This document shows positions 16,525-26,695 of a stretch of 64,000 nt of DNA, one piece after another (the first letter of the stretch is position 1; the number at the start of each line of letters is the position of its first letter). The notes under the pieces were generated by a model. It was not told where the DNA came from. It saw only the letters and a program-made list of their open reading frames with translations, and did no database searches. The position numbers and the translations under genes were made by a program. Source of the DNA: a virus; the IMG/VR virus record IMGVR_UViG_3300009182_000039, positions 1 through 64,000 of that record; one strand, written 5' to 3'.

Positions 16525-16792
16525 ACGCAATTTAATTATTTTTGAAGATCCGTACGAGTGGACCTTTGTTAGAGATCAAGTCAAAAAAGATTTTGGAGAT
16601 CAAATTTTTGCTATTTCTTGGAGGCTCAAACGAGAACTTGGATTTACTGTTAGACATCATAAGGCATTAGTTCCATGGCACGAAGATAGTACTAGGTTTA
16701 GTTATGCCGACCAAATACACTTAGATTTCTACAACGAATCCATGTTATCTTGGTTTGTACTTAAATATGTGAATACGGGGGATGACGCATGA
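16508..16792 (+). CDS. Small phage protein, FxLKW-like family
   Basis: Ends FYNESMLSWFVLKY. Confidence 0.65.
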   Translation: MKIQIKRNLIIFEDPYEWTFVRDQVKKDFGDQIFAISWRLKRELGFTVRHHKALVPWHEDSTRFSYADQIHLDFYNESMLSWFVLKYVNTGDDA

Positions 16793-16833
16793 TTATTTGG
16801 GCAAAAACCCCTTGTTGCCCTAAAAGTTGCCAG

Positions 16834-16862
16834 TTGACAAACAATTCATTTAAATGTATAAT
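16834..16862 (+). promoter_or_regulatory. Consensus sigma70 promoter
   Basis: TTGACA-N17-TATAAT. Confidence 0.88.
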
Positions 16863-16893
16863 AGTAGTATAGTTAATAATAAAGGACATCGTA

Positions 16894-18186
16894 ATGGCTA
16901 CAGCAAGTACTACTAATAATTCCAAAGAATCTGATAAGTTCAAGGACTTACTAGGTCCTATGGATTTCAAATTAGATGCCCAAGTACGCGAAAAACTTAT
17001 TACAGCTCGTGTAGGTTTATTACTCCGTGCTAGTTTCTTTGGTAATTTAGCGACTCGATTAAAATTGGTTAACGCAGACGAATGGCTTACGACAGCCGCT
17101 ACGGATGGCCGTAACTTTTATTATAATAGTCGTTTTATTGATATGCTCCGACCAAAAGAAATTGAATTTTTGTTTGGGCATGAGGTATTACATTGTGTAT
17201 ATGACCACATGGGACGCCGAGGTGATCGCAATCCGCAACTTTGGAATATTGCCGACGACTATTGTGTAAATGGTGATTTAATCAAACATCGTGTTGGAGA
17301 AAAAATTACTACAGTACCTTGCTTGTATGATCACAAATATGACGGCATGTGTGCCGAAGAAGTCTACGACATCTTGTATGAAAATGCTGAAAAAATTGAT
17401 ATCAATTCATTGGTTGAAAAATTACTCGACGACCATCTAGAAGGTGAAGGCGAGGGCGAAGGTGGCGAGGGAGATGACAATGGCAAATCTGGAGGTAGTG
17501 GTCGTCCAAAATTATCACAAGCCGAAAAAGATGCTATTCGTGATGAAATTAAAGAAGCAGTACTAGCGGCTGCCGCGGCATCAGATAACGCTGGAAACTT
17601 GCCTGCGGGAGTCAAGCGTCTTATTCAAGACATGACAGCACCCAAGATGAATTGGCGCGAATTATTGCGTATGCAACTTGAATCTACAATTAAATCGGAT
17701 TTTACTTGGATGCGAGCAAGTCGTAGAGGTTGGCATATGGATGCGGTAATGCCTGGTATGCAACTTGATCCGATGATTGATATCGCTATAAGTATTGATG
17801 CTTCGGGTAGTATGCTTGATAAAATGCTTAAAGATTTTTTAGCTGAGGTACAGGGCATTATGGATTCCTTCCCAGCATACAAGATTCATATTCTCACTTT
17901 TGATACACAAGTATATAACCCACAACAATATGATAGCGAAAACCTAGACACTATCTGCGATTATGAAGTACACGGGGGCGGTGGCACAGACTTTGATTGT
18001 GTATTTGATTACTTTAAAGAAAACGATATCCAACCTAAGCGTCATATTATGTTTACGGACGGTTATCCAAACGGCAGTTGGGGTGATGAAAACTATTGCG
18101 ATACAGTATTCATTATGCATGGCACTACAAGTATTGTTCCCCCATTTGGACAATATGCTTATTATGAAGAAGAGAAAACACACTAA
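16894..18186 (+). CDS. HExxH metallopeptidase-like + vWA domain protein (DUF2201 type, MoxR partner)
   Basis: TAATDG, HEVLH, acidic Gly linker, DASGS MIDAS, GGGGTDF, FTDG. Confidence 0.9.
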   Translation: MATASTTNNSKESDKFKDLLGPMDFKLDAQVREKLITARVGLLLRASFFGNLATRLKLVNADEWLTTAATDGRNFYYNSRFIDMLRPKEIEFLFGHEVLHCVYDHMGRRGDRNPQLWNIADDYCVNGDLIKHRVGEKITTVPCLYDHKYDGMCAEEVYDILYENAEKIDINSLVEKLLDDHLEGEGEGEGGEGDDNGKSGGSGRPKLSQAEKDAIRDEIKEAVLAAAAASDNAGNLPAGVKRLIQDMTAPKMNWRELLRMQLESTIKSDFTWMRASRRGWHMDAVMPGMQLDPMIDIAISIDASGSMLDKMLKDFLAEVQGIMDSFPAYKIHILTFDTQVYNPQQYDSENLDTICDYEVHGGGGTDFDCVFDYFKENDIQPKRHIMFTDGYPNGSWGDENYCDTVFIMHGTTSIVPPFGQYAYYEEEKTH

Positions 18187-18195
18187 GGAATAATT

Positions 18196-18357
18196 ATGAA
18201 TAAATTTAAATTATGGTATCTTAACAATCGAACTGAAATCACTTGGTTTTTAATGGGTTGGTTAGTATTAGCCGGGATTCAAGATTTGAGTCACGAAAAC
18301 TATATTGGCGCTTTAATTTCATTTGGTTTGGCGTATATTAACTATAAACTCAAGTAA
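18196..18357 (+). CDS. Small membrane protein (53 aa)
   Basis: SD AAGGAA; two hydrophobic segments. Confidence 0.6.
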   Translation: MNKFKLWYLNNRTEITWFLMGWLVLAGIQDLSHENYIGALISFGLAYINYKLK

Positions 18358-18375
18358 ACTCAACCCAATTTTACC

Positions 18376-18408
18376 AAAATGCCTCTTTTATGGGGCATTT
18401 TATTTTTA
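18376..18408 (+). terminator. Intrinsic terminator
   Basis: AAAATGCCTC-TTTTAT-GGGGCATTTT plus T-rich tail. Confidence 0.6.
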
Positions 18409-18437
18409 GCAAGCCTTATTCTTTATTAAATATCTAT

Positions 18438-18695
18438 ATGGAAAATTCAACTCAAATCACTGTAGCAGATCTTGGTGCTCTTCATGGCATAGTAGATCTA
18501 GCGGCGTCTCGCGGAGCATTCCGTGGAGCCGAATTAACACAAGTTGGTGCTATCTACGATAAGCTCACAACTTTTCTAAATGATGTAATGGCACAAGCTA
18601 AAGCAGCTGCTGAAACTAATGCTATTACCGAAGATGGAGAAACAATTACACCCGATGCCGCCAAGCCAACTAGCGACGCACCACAAGGAGAATAA
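18438..18695 (+). CDS. Hypothetical phage protein
   Basis: Start trimmed to MENSTQ after TAAATA; D.A..RGAF...E...VG..Y motif. Confidence 0.75.
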   Translation: MENSTQITVADLGALHGIVDLAASRGAFRGAELTQVGAIYDKLTTFLNDVMAQAKAAAETNAITEDGETITPDAAKPTSDAPQGE

Positions 18696-18696
18696 T

Positions 18697-19449
18697 ATGG
18701 CACAGATTAAACACGTAGGCAGAAATGGTGACCGCAAGGTCCTAGTATTATATCGCGAAGTTCCAGGTGACGAGCACATGTGCTTGGTAGTCTATCCTGA
18801 AATTTTAAATGCTTCATGGCAGGATGCTATTCAAAAGGTTGTAGAAAGTGATGTTGGTCAGCAGGCTATTCAATTAGCTGACGCACTACATCGTTCTTTC
18901 TTGCCAGACGGTCGTCCTATTCTTGAAACATTACACACCGAGCGTATGATTAAAAAAATTCGTTGCTCCGATGTAATTATGACTCCTAGTACAAACGCAA
19001 GTGTTCGTTTAGATGAACTTAACAAGTTAGTCAACGAAATGAACAAAGGCGCAGAAGCTATGAAAAAGATGGAAGAGAACGAAGCATCAAGAGGTATGGT
19101 TGATCCACAAGTTAAACGTGCCGCCGAAGCCAAGTATAAAGAAGAGCAACTTTCTAAACAACAAGCTGCTGAATCTCGTTACCAAACCCCAGATACACTC
19201 AGCGCACCGCAAGATGGTGTATTAAGTGATCGTGCCATTGCCGCCAATATGTTAGCCCAAGCTAAGAAGATGGAGCAAGAAGCTACTGCTATGATTTCAG
19301 AAGCTGCTCGTATGAAAAAAGATGCCGAGCGTATGGTACCAGGAGTTAATCCAGCAGAAGCTACTTGGACTCCAGCAGAACCAGAGGCTCCCAAGCGTCG
19401 TGGCCGTCCACCTAAAGCAGAAGCCGCGGTGACCGATGCTGCCAATTGA
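18697..19449 (+). CDS. Hypothetical phage protein with coiled-coil and AT-hook-like KRRGRPPK tail
   Basis: SD AGGAG, ATG 18697. Confidence 0.8.
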   Translation: MAQIKHVGRNGDRKVLVLYREVPGDEHMCLVVYPEILNASWQDAIQKVVESDVGQQAIQLADALHRSFLPDGRPILETLHTERMIKKIRCSDVIMTPSTNASVRLDELNKLVNEMNKGAEAMKKMEENEASRGMVDPQVKRAAEAKYKEEQLSKQQAAESRYQTPDTLSAPQDGVLSDRAIAANMLAQAKKMEQEATAMISEAARMKKDAERMVPGVNPAEATWTPAEPEAPKRRGRPPKAEAAVTDAAN

Positions 19450-19738
19450 TGAGTTGGTTGACCAGTGGGAAATTATTGTTAAAGAAGTAAACAAAACAGA
19501 TGTACCACTGGAGTGCATTAAAAAAATTATAATTAAGTTAAATAGCGGTAAACAAAAAACTATTAACTTACATACACTTATCAAACAAGGGCTACAAATC
19601 GAAGATATCAACGCATTAGTTTCCAGAACATTTGCTGAAATGGATACTGAGATTAAAGACGTTGACTTTGTTGTAGATATTAAAAGTGTTGCGGCATTAG
19701 TCCAACCTGAAACAGATAAGATATTGGGCAAACTTTAG
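19436..19738 (+). CDS. Hypothetical phage protein
   Basis: 100 aa, coupled ORF. Confidence 0.7.
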   Translation: MLPIDELVDQWEIIVKEVNKTDVPLECIKKIIIKLNSGKQKTINLHTLIKQGLQIEDINALVSRTFAEMDTEIKDVDFVVDIKSVAALVQPETDKILGKL

Positions 19739-19739
19739 G

Positions 19740-19768
19740 TTGTAAAATTCCTAAAGTTCTGCTACAAT
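19740..19768 (+). promoter_or_regulatory. Sigma70-type promoter
   Basis: TTGTAA-N17-TACAAT with TG extension. Confidence 0.55.
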
Positions 19769-19774
19769 ATCAAT

Positions 19775-20014
19775 ATGATTAAAATCAATTTTCATAGTTT
19801 TGGTATGGGTGATGTAGAAGACCCCGAACTTTATGCGGCGTTTCCGTTAGGTGAATTTATGGAGACAGAAAAAGGCAAATGGATCAAATCTAATTGTAAG
19901 GATCCAAAATATATTATTCGACCTGATAATGCTACATTTGGCAATCGCATAATTGTCTACGGCGAAGTAGAAGAAAAACTCGCAACAGAATATTTTTTGA
20001 AGTGGGCTGAATGA
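19775..20014 (+). CDS. Small phage protein, FxLKW-like family
   Basis: GDVEDP..YAA.P; ends ATEYFLKW. Confidence 0.7.
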   Translation: MIKINFHSFGMGDVEDPELYAAFPLGEFMETEKGKWIKSNCKDPKYIIRPDNATFGNRIIVYGEVEEKLATEYFLKWAE

Positions 20015-20961
20015 AAATCTTAGTAACCGGCGGCCTTGGATTTATCGGACATAATGTAGTTCGTATACTCGAAAGTTTCCGTCACGAATGTGCTATTATA
20101 GATAGCAAAACTGATTATGGCATTATACCTAAAAGCGAATTAGATTATCTAATGACCGAACGACTATGTAGAATTCGAACTCGAAATATTACGCTAGCTG
20201 ATATTTCTGAACCATTTGACGATAGTATATTCGACGGTGTGGATGTTGTTATACATTTAGCTAGTTTTCCTAGACAAAAAGTAGTTAACAAGAACCCTGT
20301 ACAAGGTAGCAGGGTAATGATTGAAGGATTACTTAACTTACTAGAGCAAAGTGTTAAACACAATGTAAGGAAATTTGTTTATGTTAGCAGTAGTATGGTG
20401 TATGGCAATTTTAATAAACACGCTGTATTTGATGGCATTGATGAAAGTAGTGATTGTAAACCCATAGGCCAGTACGGCATTATGAAATTAACAGGCGAGT
20501 GGCTAGTAAAAGATTATAGCAGACAACATAAATTAGATTACACTATTGTTCGCCCTAGCGCAGTATACGGTCCATACGATGTTGAAGATAGAGTAATCAG
20601 TAAGTTTTTAACACAAGCCATGCGAGGCGAAGAATTAACAGTTAATGGCATCGACGATGCTTTAGATTTTACTTATATCGACGACGCTGCGATGGGCATA
20701 GCACTAGCGGCTATTAGCGAAGATACAAAAAATACTGTTTACAATATTGCTCGCAGCAAATCTTATACCTTAATAGAAGCTGCCAAACTGATAGTTAATA
20801 TAGTAGGCAAAGGTTCCGTGTGTGTTAAAAATCGTGATGTTGATTTTCCTGTTCGGGGACAATTAAATATACTTAGAGCTAAAAGCGATTTTGGATATTA
20901 CCCTACAGTTGATTTAGAAGCAGGGTTACTAGAATATTATGATTGGCTTAAAAATGCTTGA
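20011..20961 (+). CDS. NAD-dependent nucleotide-sugar epimerase/dehydratase
   Basis: TGGLGFIG, SSSMVYG, YGIMK catalytic motif. Confidence 0.93.
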   Translation: MKILVTGGLGFIGHNVVRILESFRHECAIIDSKTDYGIIPKSELDYLMTERLCRIRTRNITLADISEPFDDSIFDGVDVVIHLASFPRQKVVNKNPVQGSRVMIEGLLNLLEQSVKHNVRKFVYVSSSMVYGNFNKHAVFDGIDESSDCKPIGQYGIMKLTGEWLVKDYSRQHKLDYTIVRPSAVYGPYDVEDRVISKFLTQAMRGEELTVNGIDDALDFTYIDDAAMGIALAAISEDTKNTVYNIARSKSYTLIEAAKLIVNIVGKGSVCVKNRDVDFPVRGQLNILRAKSDFGYYPTVDLEAGLLEYYDWLKNA

Positions 20962-22336
20962 TGTTTATTATATTCCCATAGAAAAAATAAAAAAAATAAA
21001 ATGGGAAGGCAATGCTCAATTATATGACACAAAACTATACAATTTAGGCCAAGATCACAATGAATTTATTATTGCTAATCCTGATTTTTGCAACTATCAG
21101 TTTTATAAAAATATAAAATCTTTGCCTTTAAGAAGTTCTAATCGATGTGTAGTTTGGAAATATGAAGGACAATGGATAGCAAAATATTTTACTGCTGAAT
21201 GGATCAATGAACAAAAGTATTGGGAAGTAGATCTTAAACTTGACTGGGTCAAAAATCCAGCTATCGATTCATCCATTGTATTCGAAGATATAATTATCCA
21301 AGATTGGTATGATTTAAATTATGAAATGACTTGGTATTTAGATTCGCGATTTAACCTTACAGCAGATAAAATTTGGGTGGCAAAATGTCAGTTATCAAAT
21401 ACCGATACGTTAGGTACAAAAGACATGGGATATGTTTCTCCTAAAATAACATATAATCCAGAACTTCCCAATTTAGAATATACGATTACTGAAAGAATTC
21501 CATATTATGATTTAGTATACGAACACATATGGTTAGTCGATGATAGTATGACTGGTAACAAATCAAATATATGGGCTGTTAAAATTACTCCAACAGATTC
21601 ACTAGGTACAAAAATAGCAGGAACAGTTAAAATCAATTTGCCAAAACAGTTAGATGTAGTATTCATAAGTTATAATGAACCTAATGCTGAAGAAAACTGG
21701 CGTCGAGTTTTAGAAAAGTCACCACATGCATATCGGATAAACGGCATCAAAGGTATAGTAAATGCTCATATATGTGCTGCAGAATTATCAACTACTGATA
21801 TGTTTTATGTAGTCGACGGAGATGCGTATTTAACTGATGATTGGGACTTTGAATATCAACCAAGTATTTTTGACCGCGATTGTGTTCATGTATGGCGCAG
21901 TATAAATCCTATAAATGATTTAGAGTATGGGTATGGTGGAGTTAAATTGCTACCTAAACAACTAACTTTAGATGTAGATTTAAATTGTGTCGACATGACT
22001 ACTAGTGTTAGTGATAAATTTAAACTAATGAAAAAAATAAGTAATTCTACTAATTTTAACACTGATGAATTCAATACATTTCGCAGCGCATTTAGAGAGT
22101 GTGCTAAATTAAGTAGCAATATTTTAAAAAGACAACAAGCAAGAGAAAGTATGAAAAGATTAGATGTTTGGTGTACAGCTGGTGAAGATAAAAAGTTTGG
22201 AAAATGGTCTATTGCTGGAGCACTTGCTGGCAAAAAATTTGGATTGTTTTATCAAAATAACACCGATGAATTACAAAAAATAAATGATAGTGAATGGATA
22301 CAAAACAAATTTAATGAATTGTGTTTTAATAAATAG
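20954..22336 (+). CDS. Glycosyltransferase-like protein (C-terminal GT-A domain)
   Basis: ISYNEP..EENW, G.KG...AH, VDGD; paralogue of 48501-49439. Confidence 0.65.
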   Translation: MLDVYYIPIEKIKKIKWEGNAQLYDTKLYNLGQDHNEFIIANPDFCNYQFYKNIKSLPLRSSNRCVVWKYEGQWIAKYFTAEWINEQKYWEVDLKLDWVKNPAIDSSIVFEDIIIQDWYDLNYEMTWYLDSRFNLTADKIWVAKCQLSNTDTLGTKDMGYVSPKITYNPELPNLEYTITERIPYYDLVYEHIWLVDDSMTGNKSNIWAVKITPTDSLGTKIAGTVKINLPKQLDVVFISYNEPNAEENWRRVLEKSPHAYRINGIKGIVNAHICAAELSTTDMFYVVDGDAYLTDDWDFEYQPSIFDRDCVHVWRSINPINDLEYGYGGVKLLPKQLTLDVDLNCVDMTTSVSDKFKLMKKISNSTNFNTDEFNTFRSAFRECAKLSSNILKRQQARESMKRLDVWCTAGEDKKFGKWSIAGALAGKKFGLFYQNNTDELQKINDSEWIQNKFNELCFNK

Positions 22337-22341
22337 GTACT

Positions 22342-23547
22342 ATGGAAAACGAATTAGGTTATTATTCAGTTAATAATCAAAAATATACAAACAAAATTCA
22401 AGCTGTTTTAGAAGCACAAAAAACCTTAGCTGAAATTACTTGGAATTTTCATAATGATATCTTTAATCAAATTGACTGGCTTACTGAGCCCGATCTTTCG
22501 TTAGATATACTGTACAAAATGCGGGCTCAGCAAATACGCGATAGATACGACTATGTTATTGTGATGTGTAGTGGCGGTGCTGATAGTACCAATGTTATAA
22601 AAAGTTTTTTAGATAATAATATTCATGTAGACGAAATAGTAGCAGGAGCGCCCATGTCAGGTTTAAATAACTGGAACTGGAATGATCAAGATACTTCAGT
22701 AAACAATACTATAAGCGAAACCAAATATGCGCTATTTCCACTATTAACTAGTATTGCTAGCCAATATCCTAATGTAAAAATTACATTCAATGACTATTTT
22801 GAAAATATTATAAATTATAAAACAGACGAATGGTTATATAATTGTCAAGACTGGATTAACCCTGTTGTAAATGCTAAAGGTAGATTGGATAAGTTTAAAC
22901 ATATTGTAGACTTAGCCGAACAGGGGAAACGAATTGGAGTAGTATGGGGCATTGACAAGCCAGCTTTGCGATACGACCAAGAAGGTAATATATACACAAT
23001 AATATCTGACACAGGAGTAAATGTTGCCGATGCCCCTTTTGATAAAAATTATCCTAATGTAGATCGTATATTATTTTACTGGGCGGCCAATTTTCCTGAA
23101 ATTATGATTAAACAAGCTCATGTTGTGTCAAAGGTTGCTCACAAAAAAGAAAATTTGTGGTTACTGGATTTAATAAAAAAAATGGGATTAGGCAACAATA
23201 AATGGTGGAAGCCTAACTCGCCGAACGATCTTATGAAAGATAATCATACTAAGAATGATTATCAACGTAGTATTGTTCCTTTAATATATGAAACTACAGT
23301 TGAGCAAGTATTTCAGTGTCAAAAATCTCGATTTACATTCATGCCAAAACAGCATGATTGGTTCTATACCTTACACAAAGATACACCAATATATCAATTA
23401 ATCGACAGTGACTTCCGTTTATTTTATAAAAATTTAAATAAAAAATATTTAAAAATTGATCAAACTGGAACTGTTTTTGGGTTTACATCATTTATCCAAA
23501 CATATAAAATTGGTCACTATACAAAATTTATGGAACCAAAACTATGA
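22342..23547 (+). CDS. PP-loop (adenine nucleotide alpha-hydrolase-like) protein
   Basis: RAQQIRD.YDY...SGGADS, GIDKP. Confidence 0.75.
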   Translation: MENELGYYSVNNQKYTNKIQAVLEAQKTLAEITWNFHNDIFNQIDWLTEPDLSLDILYKMRAQQIRDRYDYVIVMCSGGADSTNVIKSFLDNNIHVDEIVAGAPMSGLNNWNWNDQDTSVNNTISETKYALFPLLTSIASQYPNVKITFNDYFENIINYKTDEWLYNCQDWINPVVNAKGRLDKFKHIVDLAEQGKRIGVVWGIDKPALRYDQEGNIYTIISDTGVNVADAPFDKNYPNVDRILFYWAANFPEIMIKQAHVVSKVAHKKENLWLLDLIKKMGLGNNKWWKPNSPNDLMKDNHTKNDYQRSIVPLIYETTVEQVFQCQKSRFTFMPKQHDWFYTLHKDTPIYQLIDSDFRLFYKNLNKKYLKIDQTGTVFGFTSFIQTYKIGHYTKFMEPKL

Positions 23548-24722
23548 AAGATTATTTAGGAATTTACTCCGTCAATGATAGAGTATACACTGACAAGATT
23601 GAAGCAATATTAGAAGCTAACAAAACTAATGCGGAAATTACTTGGGATTTTCATCAAGCTAGATTTAGAAAAATTAACTGGAGTGTTGAACCCTCCACAT
23701 CTTTAACTGAACTTTATAAAATTAGAGCTCAGCAAATTCGAGACGAGTATGATTATGTTATTGTTATGTTCAGTGGTGGTGCCGATAGTACAAATGTATT
23801 ACATAGCTTTTTAAGTAATAATATTCATGTAGACGAAATAGTATCAAGTATTCCGTTATCAGGGTTGCGTGACTTCAAAGCGTCATATGATACCAGTGCT
23901 ACCAATAATGCTAGTGAGTGGTTTTTAACTACCACTCCTTATTTAAAAGAAGTAGCTCAAAAATATCCTAACATAAAAATTTCAATTAATGATTTTTTTG
24001 AGACTATGTTAGATTTTAAAACTGATGAATGGATATATAAATCATCTGATCATATACATCCTACTACCTCAGCACGATATGATCTTTCTAAATTAACTCA
24101 TATTAGACAACTAGCAGATCAAGGTAAAAAAATTGCGGTTATATATGGTAGCGAAAAACCAATGTTAATAATCCACGAAAATAAAATTTTTAATAGCATA
24201 ACAGATGTAGGTGTAAATGTCCCAAGACCGCCGTTTGCTGATTTTTACTCCAATGTAGATATAGTTCTTTTTTATACTACTCCTCGCATGCCAGAAATTT
24301 TAGCAAAACAATCGCATGAAATTTCAAAAGCTATGTTTAATTTGCCACAACATCAATATATAAAAGATATTATACTCAATAGTTCATGGCCAACAGAAAA
24401 AAAATTAGCTTATGATAATGGGTTTTTACAAAGAGCTACCGTTCCCATAATCTACCCAGATATAAAATATAACTCTTTCCAAGCGTCAAAATCCAAAAGT
24501 GTTTTTATGGCAGATCACGATTGGTGGTTTTATAATTTGCATAAGGATAGCAGATTAAACCAGCTAGTAACAAGCGATTTCACTAACTTTTTTAACAGCA
24601 TAAAACCCACCTATTTACGCGATAATCCATATACAAAAGGACATGCATTTAAATCATATACCAACTATTACGGTATAGGATCCATAGAAAATTTCAAAAT
24701 ACGGTTAGAAAATAATTCTTGA
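23544..24722 (+). CDS. PP-loop protein, tandem paralogue
   Basis: RAQQIRDEYDY...SGGADS, GSEKP. Confidence 0.75.
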   Translation: MKDYLGIYSVNDRVYTDKIEAILEANKTNAEITWDFHQARFRKINWSVEPSTSLTELYKIRAQQIRDEYDYVIVMFSGGADSTNVLHSFLSNNIHVDEIVSSIPLSGLRDFKASYDTSATNNASEWFLTTTPYLKEVAQKYPNIKISINDFFETMLDFKTDEWIYKSSDHIHPTTSARYDLSKLTHIRQLADQGKKIAVIYGSEKPMLIIHENKIFNSITDVGVNVPRPPFADFYSNVDIVLFYTTPRMPEILAKQSHEISKAMFNLPQHQYIKDIILNSSWPTEKKLAYDNGFLQRATVPIIYPDIKYNSFQASKSKSVFMADHDWWFYNLHKDSRLNQLVTSDFTNFFNSIKPTYLRDNPYTKGHAFKSYTNYYGIGSIENFKIRLENNS

Positions 24723-24754
24723 GACTAAATAACAGTATACTTTCACAAGGAGAA

Positions 24755-25714
24755 ATGATGAATCAAACTAAGAAAATTACCTGGGTTATTGCCCATGATC
24801 CCGCGTATTTGTTTATTCGTGCCGCTAAATTTTTCAAGGATGCGCTAGAAAAGCGTGTTCCAGGGCAAATCGAAATTGAAGTATTAACAGACAGTGAATA
24901 TAGCGCCAAGTACAATAATGGTGTACCTGTTGGCAAGAAAGATGTTTTAGATTTAATGGAAGCTGGTAAGATTCAAGTAAGTCAATTATATACAACTTGG
25001 TTAGCAGATCGCTATTCTCGTACAATGAATGTTATCGACATGCCATTTTTGTTTAAAGATCATGATCATGCTGCTCGTGTATTCGACGGTGCTATCGGTG
25101 AAGAGCTTTTAGGCAAACTAGAGTCCGAAGGCGGCGACAAGATCAAAGCATTAGCATTTACATACAGTGGTGGTTTCAGAACTATCCCTGCTACTAAGTC
25201 TATTGCTAGTGTAGAAGATTTTAAAGGCGTTAAATTCCGTGTTAGTAGCGGTCCAGTTATCAAAGATACATTTGATGCGTTGGGTGCTGAAACTACATTC
25301 TTCCCAGTTGAAGAATTAACAGAGCGTACATTGTCTGGCGAAGTAGAAGCCGGCGAATGTACATATACTCGTTACTATCCATTAAACCAAGACAAAGCGA
25401 TGTCGTTTATTAATGATATGGAACACAACATTTCTTGTACCAGTATCATTGTTAATCGCGAATTTTGGAATACTTTAACTGAAGAGCAACAAGCCGCTAT
25501 GAAGGCTGCTGGTGTAGCCAGTGCTAAGATTGAGCGTGTTGAAAGTGTTGAAGATGCTGTTCGTATTGAAGCAGAATGCCGCGAAAATGGTGTTACCATT
25601 ACTAAGTGGGACGATACAGAAGTTGCTAAATTTAAAGCAATGATGACTCCAATCTATGACAAGTATACTACATACTTCTCGGATGATTTGGTTAATCGCA
25701 TTAAAAATGCTTAA
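24755..25714 (+). CDS. dctP: TRAP transporter DctP-like solute-binding protein, no signal peptide
   Basis: DMPFLFKDHDHA, GFR, DFKG.KFR, DALGA motifs; SD AGGAG. Confidence 0.85.
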   Translation: MMNQTKKITWVIAHDPAYLFIRAAKFFKDALEKRVPGQIEIEVLTDSEYSAKYNNGVPVGKKDVLDLMEAGKIQVSQLYTTWLADRYSRTMNVIDMPFLFKDHDHAARVFDGAIGEELLGKLESEGGDKIKALAFTYSGGFRTIPATKSIASVEDFKGVKFRVSSGPVIKDTFDALGAETTFFPVEELTERTLSGEVEAGECTYTRYYPLNQDKAMSFINDMEHNISCTSIIVNREFWNTLTEEQQAAMKAAGVASAKIERVESVEDAVRIEAECRENGVTITKWDDTEVAKFKAMMTPIYDKYTTYFSDDLVNRIKNA

Positions 25715-25732
25715 TTAACAAGTATTGAAATC

Positions 25733-25760
25733 AAAGGACTCTTCGGAGTCCTTTTTTTTT
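25733..25760 (+). terminator. Intrinsic terminator
   Basis: AAAGGACTC-TTCG-GAGTCCTTT plus T-tract. Confidence 0.92.
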
Positions 25761-25812
25761 GGTGAGCAATTTGTATGCTAAGTATTGAACTTATATAAAG
25801 AAAAACAGCACA

Positions 25813-26691
25813 ATGAAAAAAATATTATTAATATTAACATTACTCGTCGGCAATGCGTGGGCATCAACAGATACAACGACTATTACGGTAGGCTACGGGC
25901 CCGGTGGTACCGACACTATCATTCGAACACTAGCGGGCGATGCTGAGGCCTATACTGATTTTAAATTTACAGTAGAAAATAAAGTAGGTGCGAATGGTGT
26001 TATCGCATTAAAATATTATTTTGCTCTGCCAGTTGGCAATAAGAATGCGTTAGGAATATCAGGCGGGCAAGTACTATTTGAAGCTATTGCTAATCCTGAA
26101 AATAATTTTATTCAACGATTAAAATTTGTTGGCCCGGTGTTGTCTAGTCCATTAGCAATTGGTGTTAGTAGCAAGAGTCAATTTAAAACCTTAGACAAAT
26201 TGTTTAATAAAAATATACCACGCCAGCGTATTAATATTGGAGTGGCCGGCGAATCACATAATATGTTAGTCGAACAACTAAAAAAATATAGTCATCACGA
26301 TATACAAGCTATACGATTTAAGGGTAGTACCGAATCGTACACCGCATTATTAGGAGGCCATATAGATATGCAATCAGATGCTTATGGCTTTTTTAAACAA
26401 AAAGAAGGCGCTGTTCGTATTTTAGGTGTAGCCGATGCTGATTCTATTGACGGAGTGCCTAGTTTACACAAATATGCGCCTACCGCAAATTTAGTTAATT
26501 TTTTTGCTGTTGCGGTAAATCGAGATACCCCGGATAATCGTAATCTAGCAGATGCGTTGACTGTTGGATTTGTAAAAGCAAATAGATACGAATATTTTAA
26601 AAATCTAGGATATAATGTTGATATGAATCGCAAATCTGACTATGTAGAGCGAGTAGTAGTCCCAACTTATAAAAAATGGGCGACTAAATAG
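25813..26691 (+). CDS. Bug/TctC solute-binding protein
   Basis: Signal peptide, GPGGTD, VENKVGANG.IA, FKG...ALLGGHID. Confidence 0.85.
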   Translation: MKKILLILTLLVGNAWASTDTTTITVGYGPGGTDTIIRTLAGDAEAYTDFKFTVENKVGANGVIALKYYFALPVGNKNALGISGGQVLFEAIANPENNFIQRLKFVGPVLSSPLAIGVSSKSQFKTLDKLFNKNIPRQRINIGVAGESHNMLVEQLKKYSHHDIQAIRFKGSTESYTALLGGHIDMQSDAYGFFKQKEGAVRILGVADADSIDGVPSLHKYAPTANLVNFFAVAVNRDTPDNRNLADALTVGFVKANRYEYFKNLGYNVDMNRKSDYVERVVVPTYKKWATK

Positions 26692-26695
26692 CTGC

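Noticed and set aside
17364-19731. Short antisense ORFs within long genes (here and throughout, e.g. 6841, 13327, 21886, 35264, 49117, 53272)
   Set aside because: Fully nested opposite motif-bearing genes; expected shadow frames
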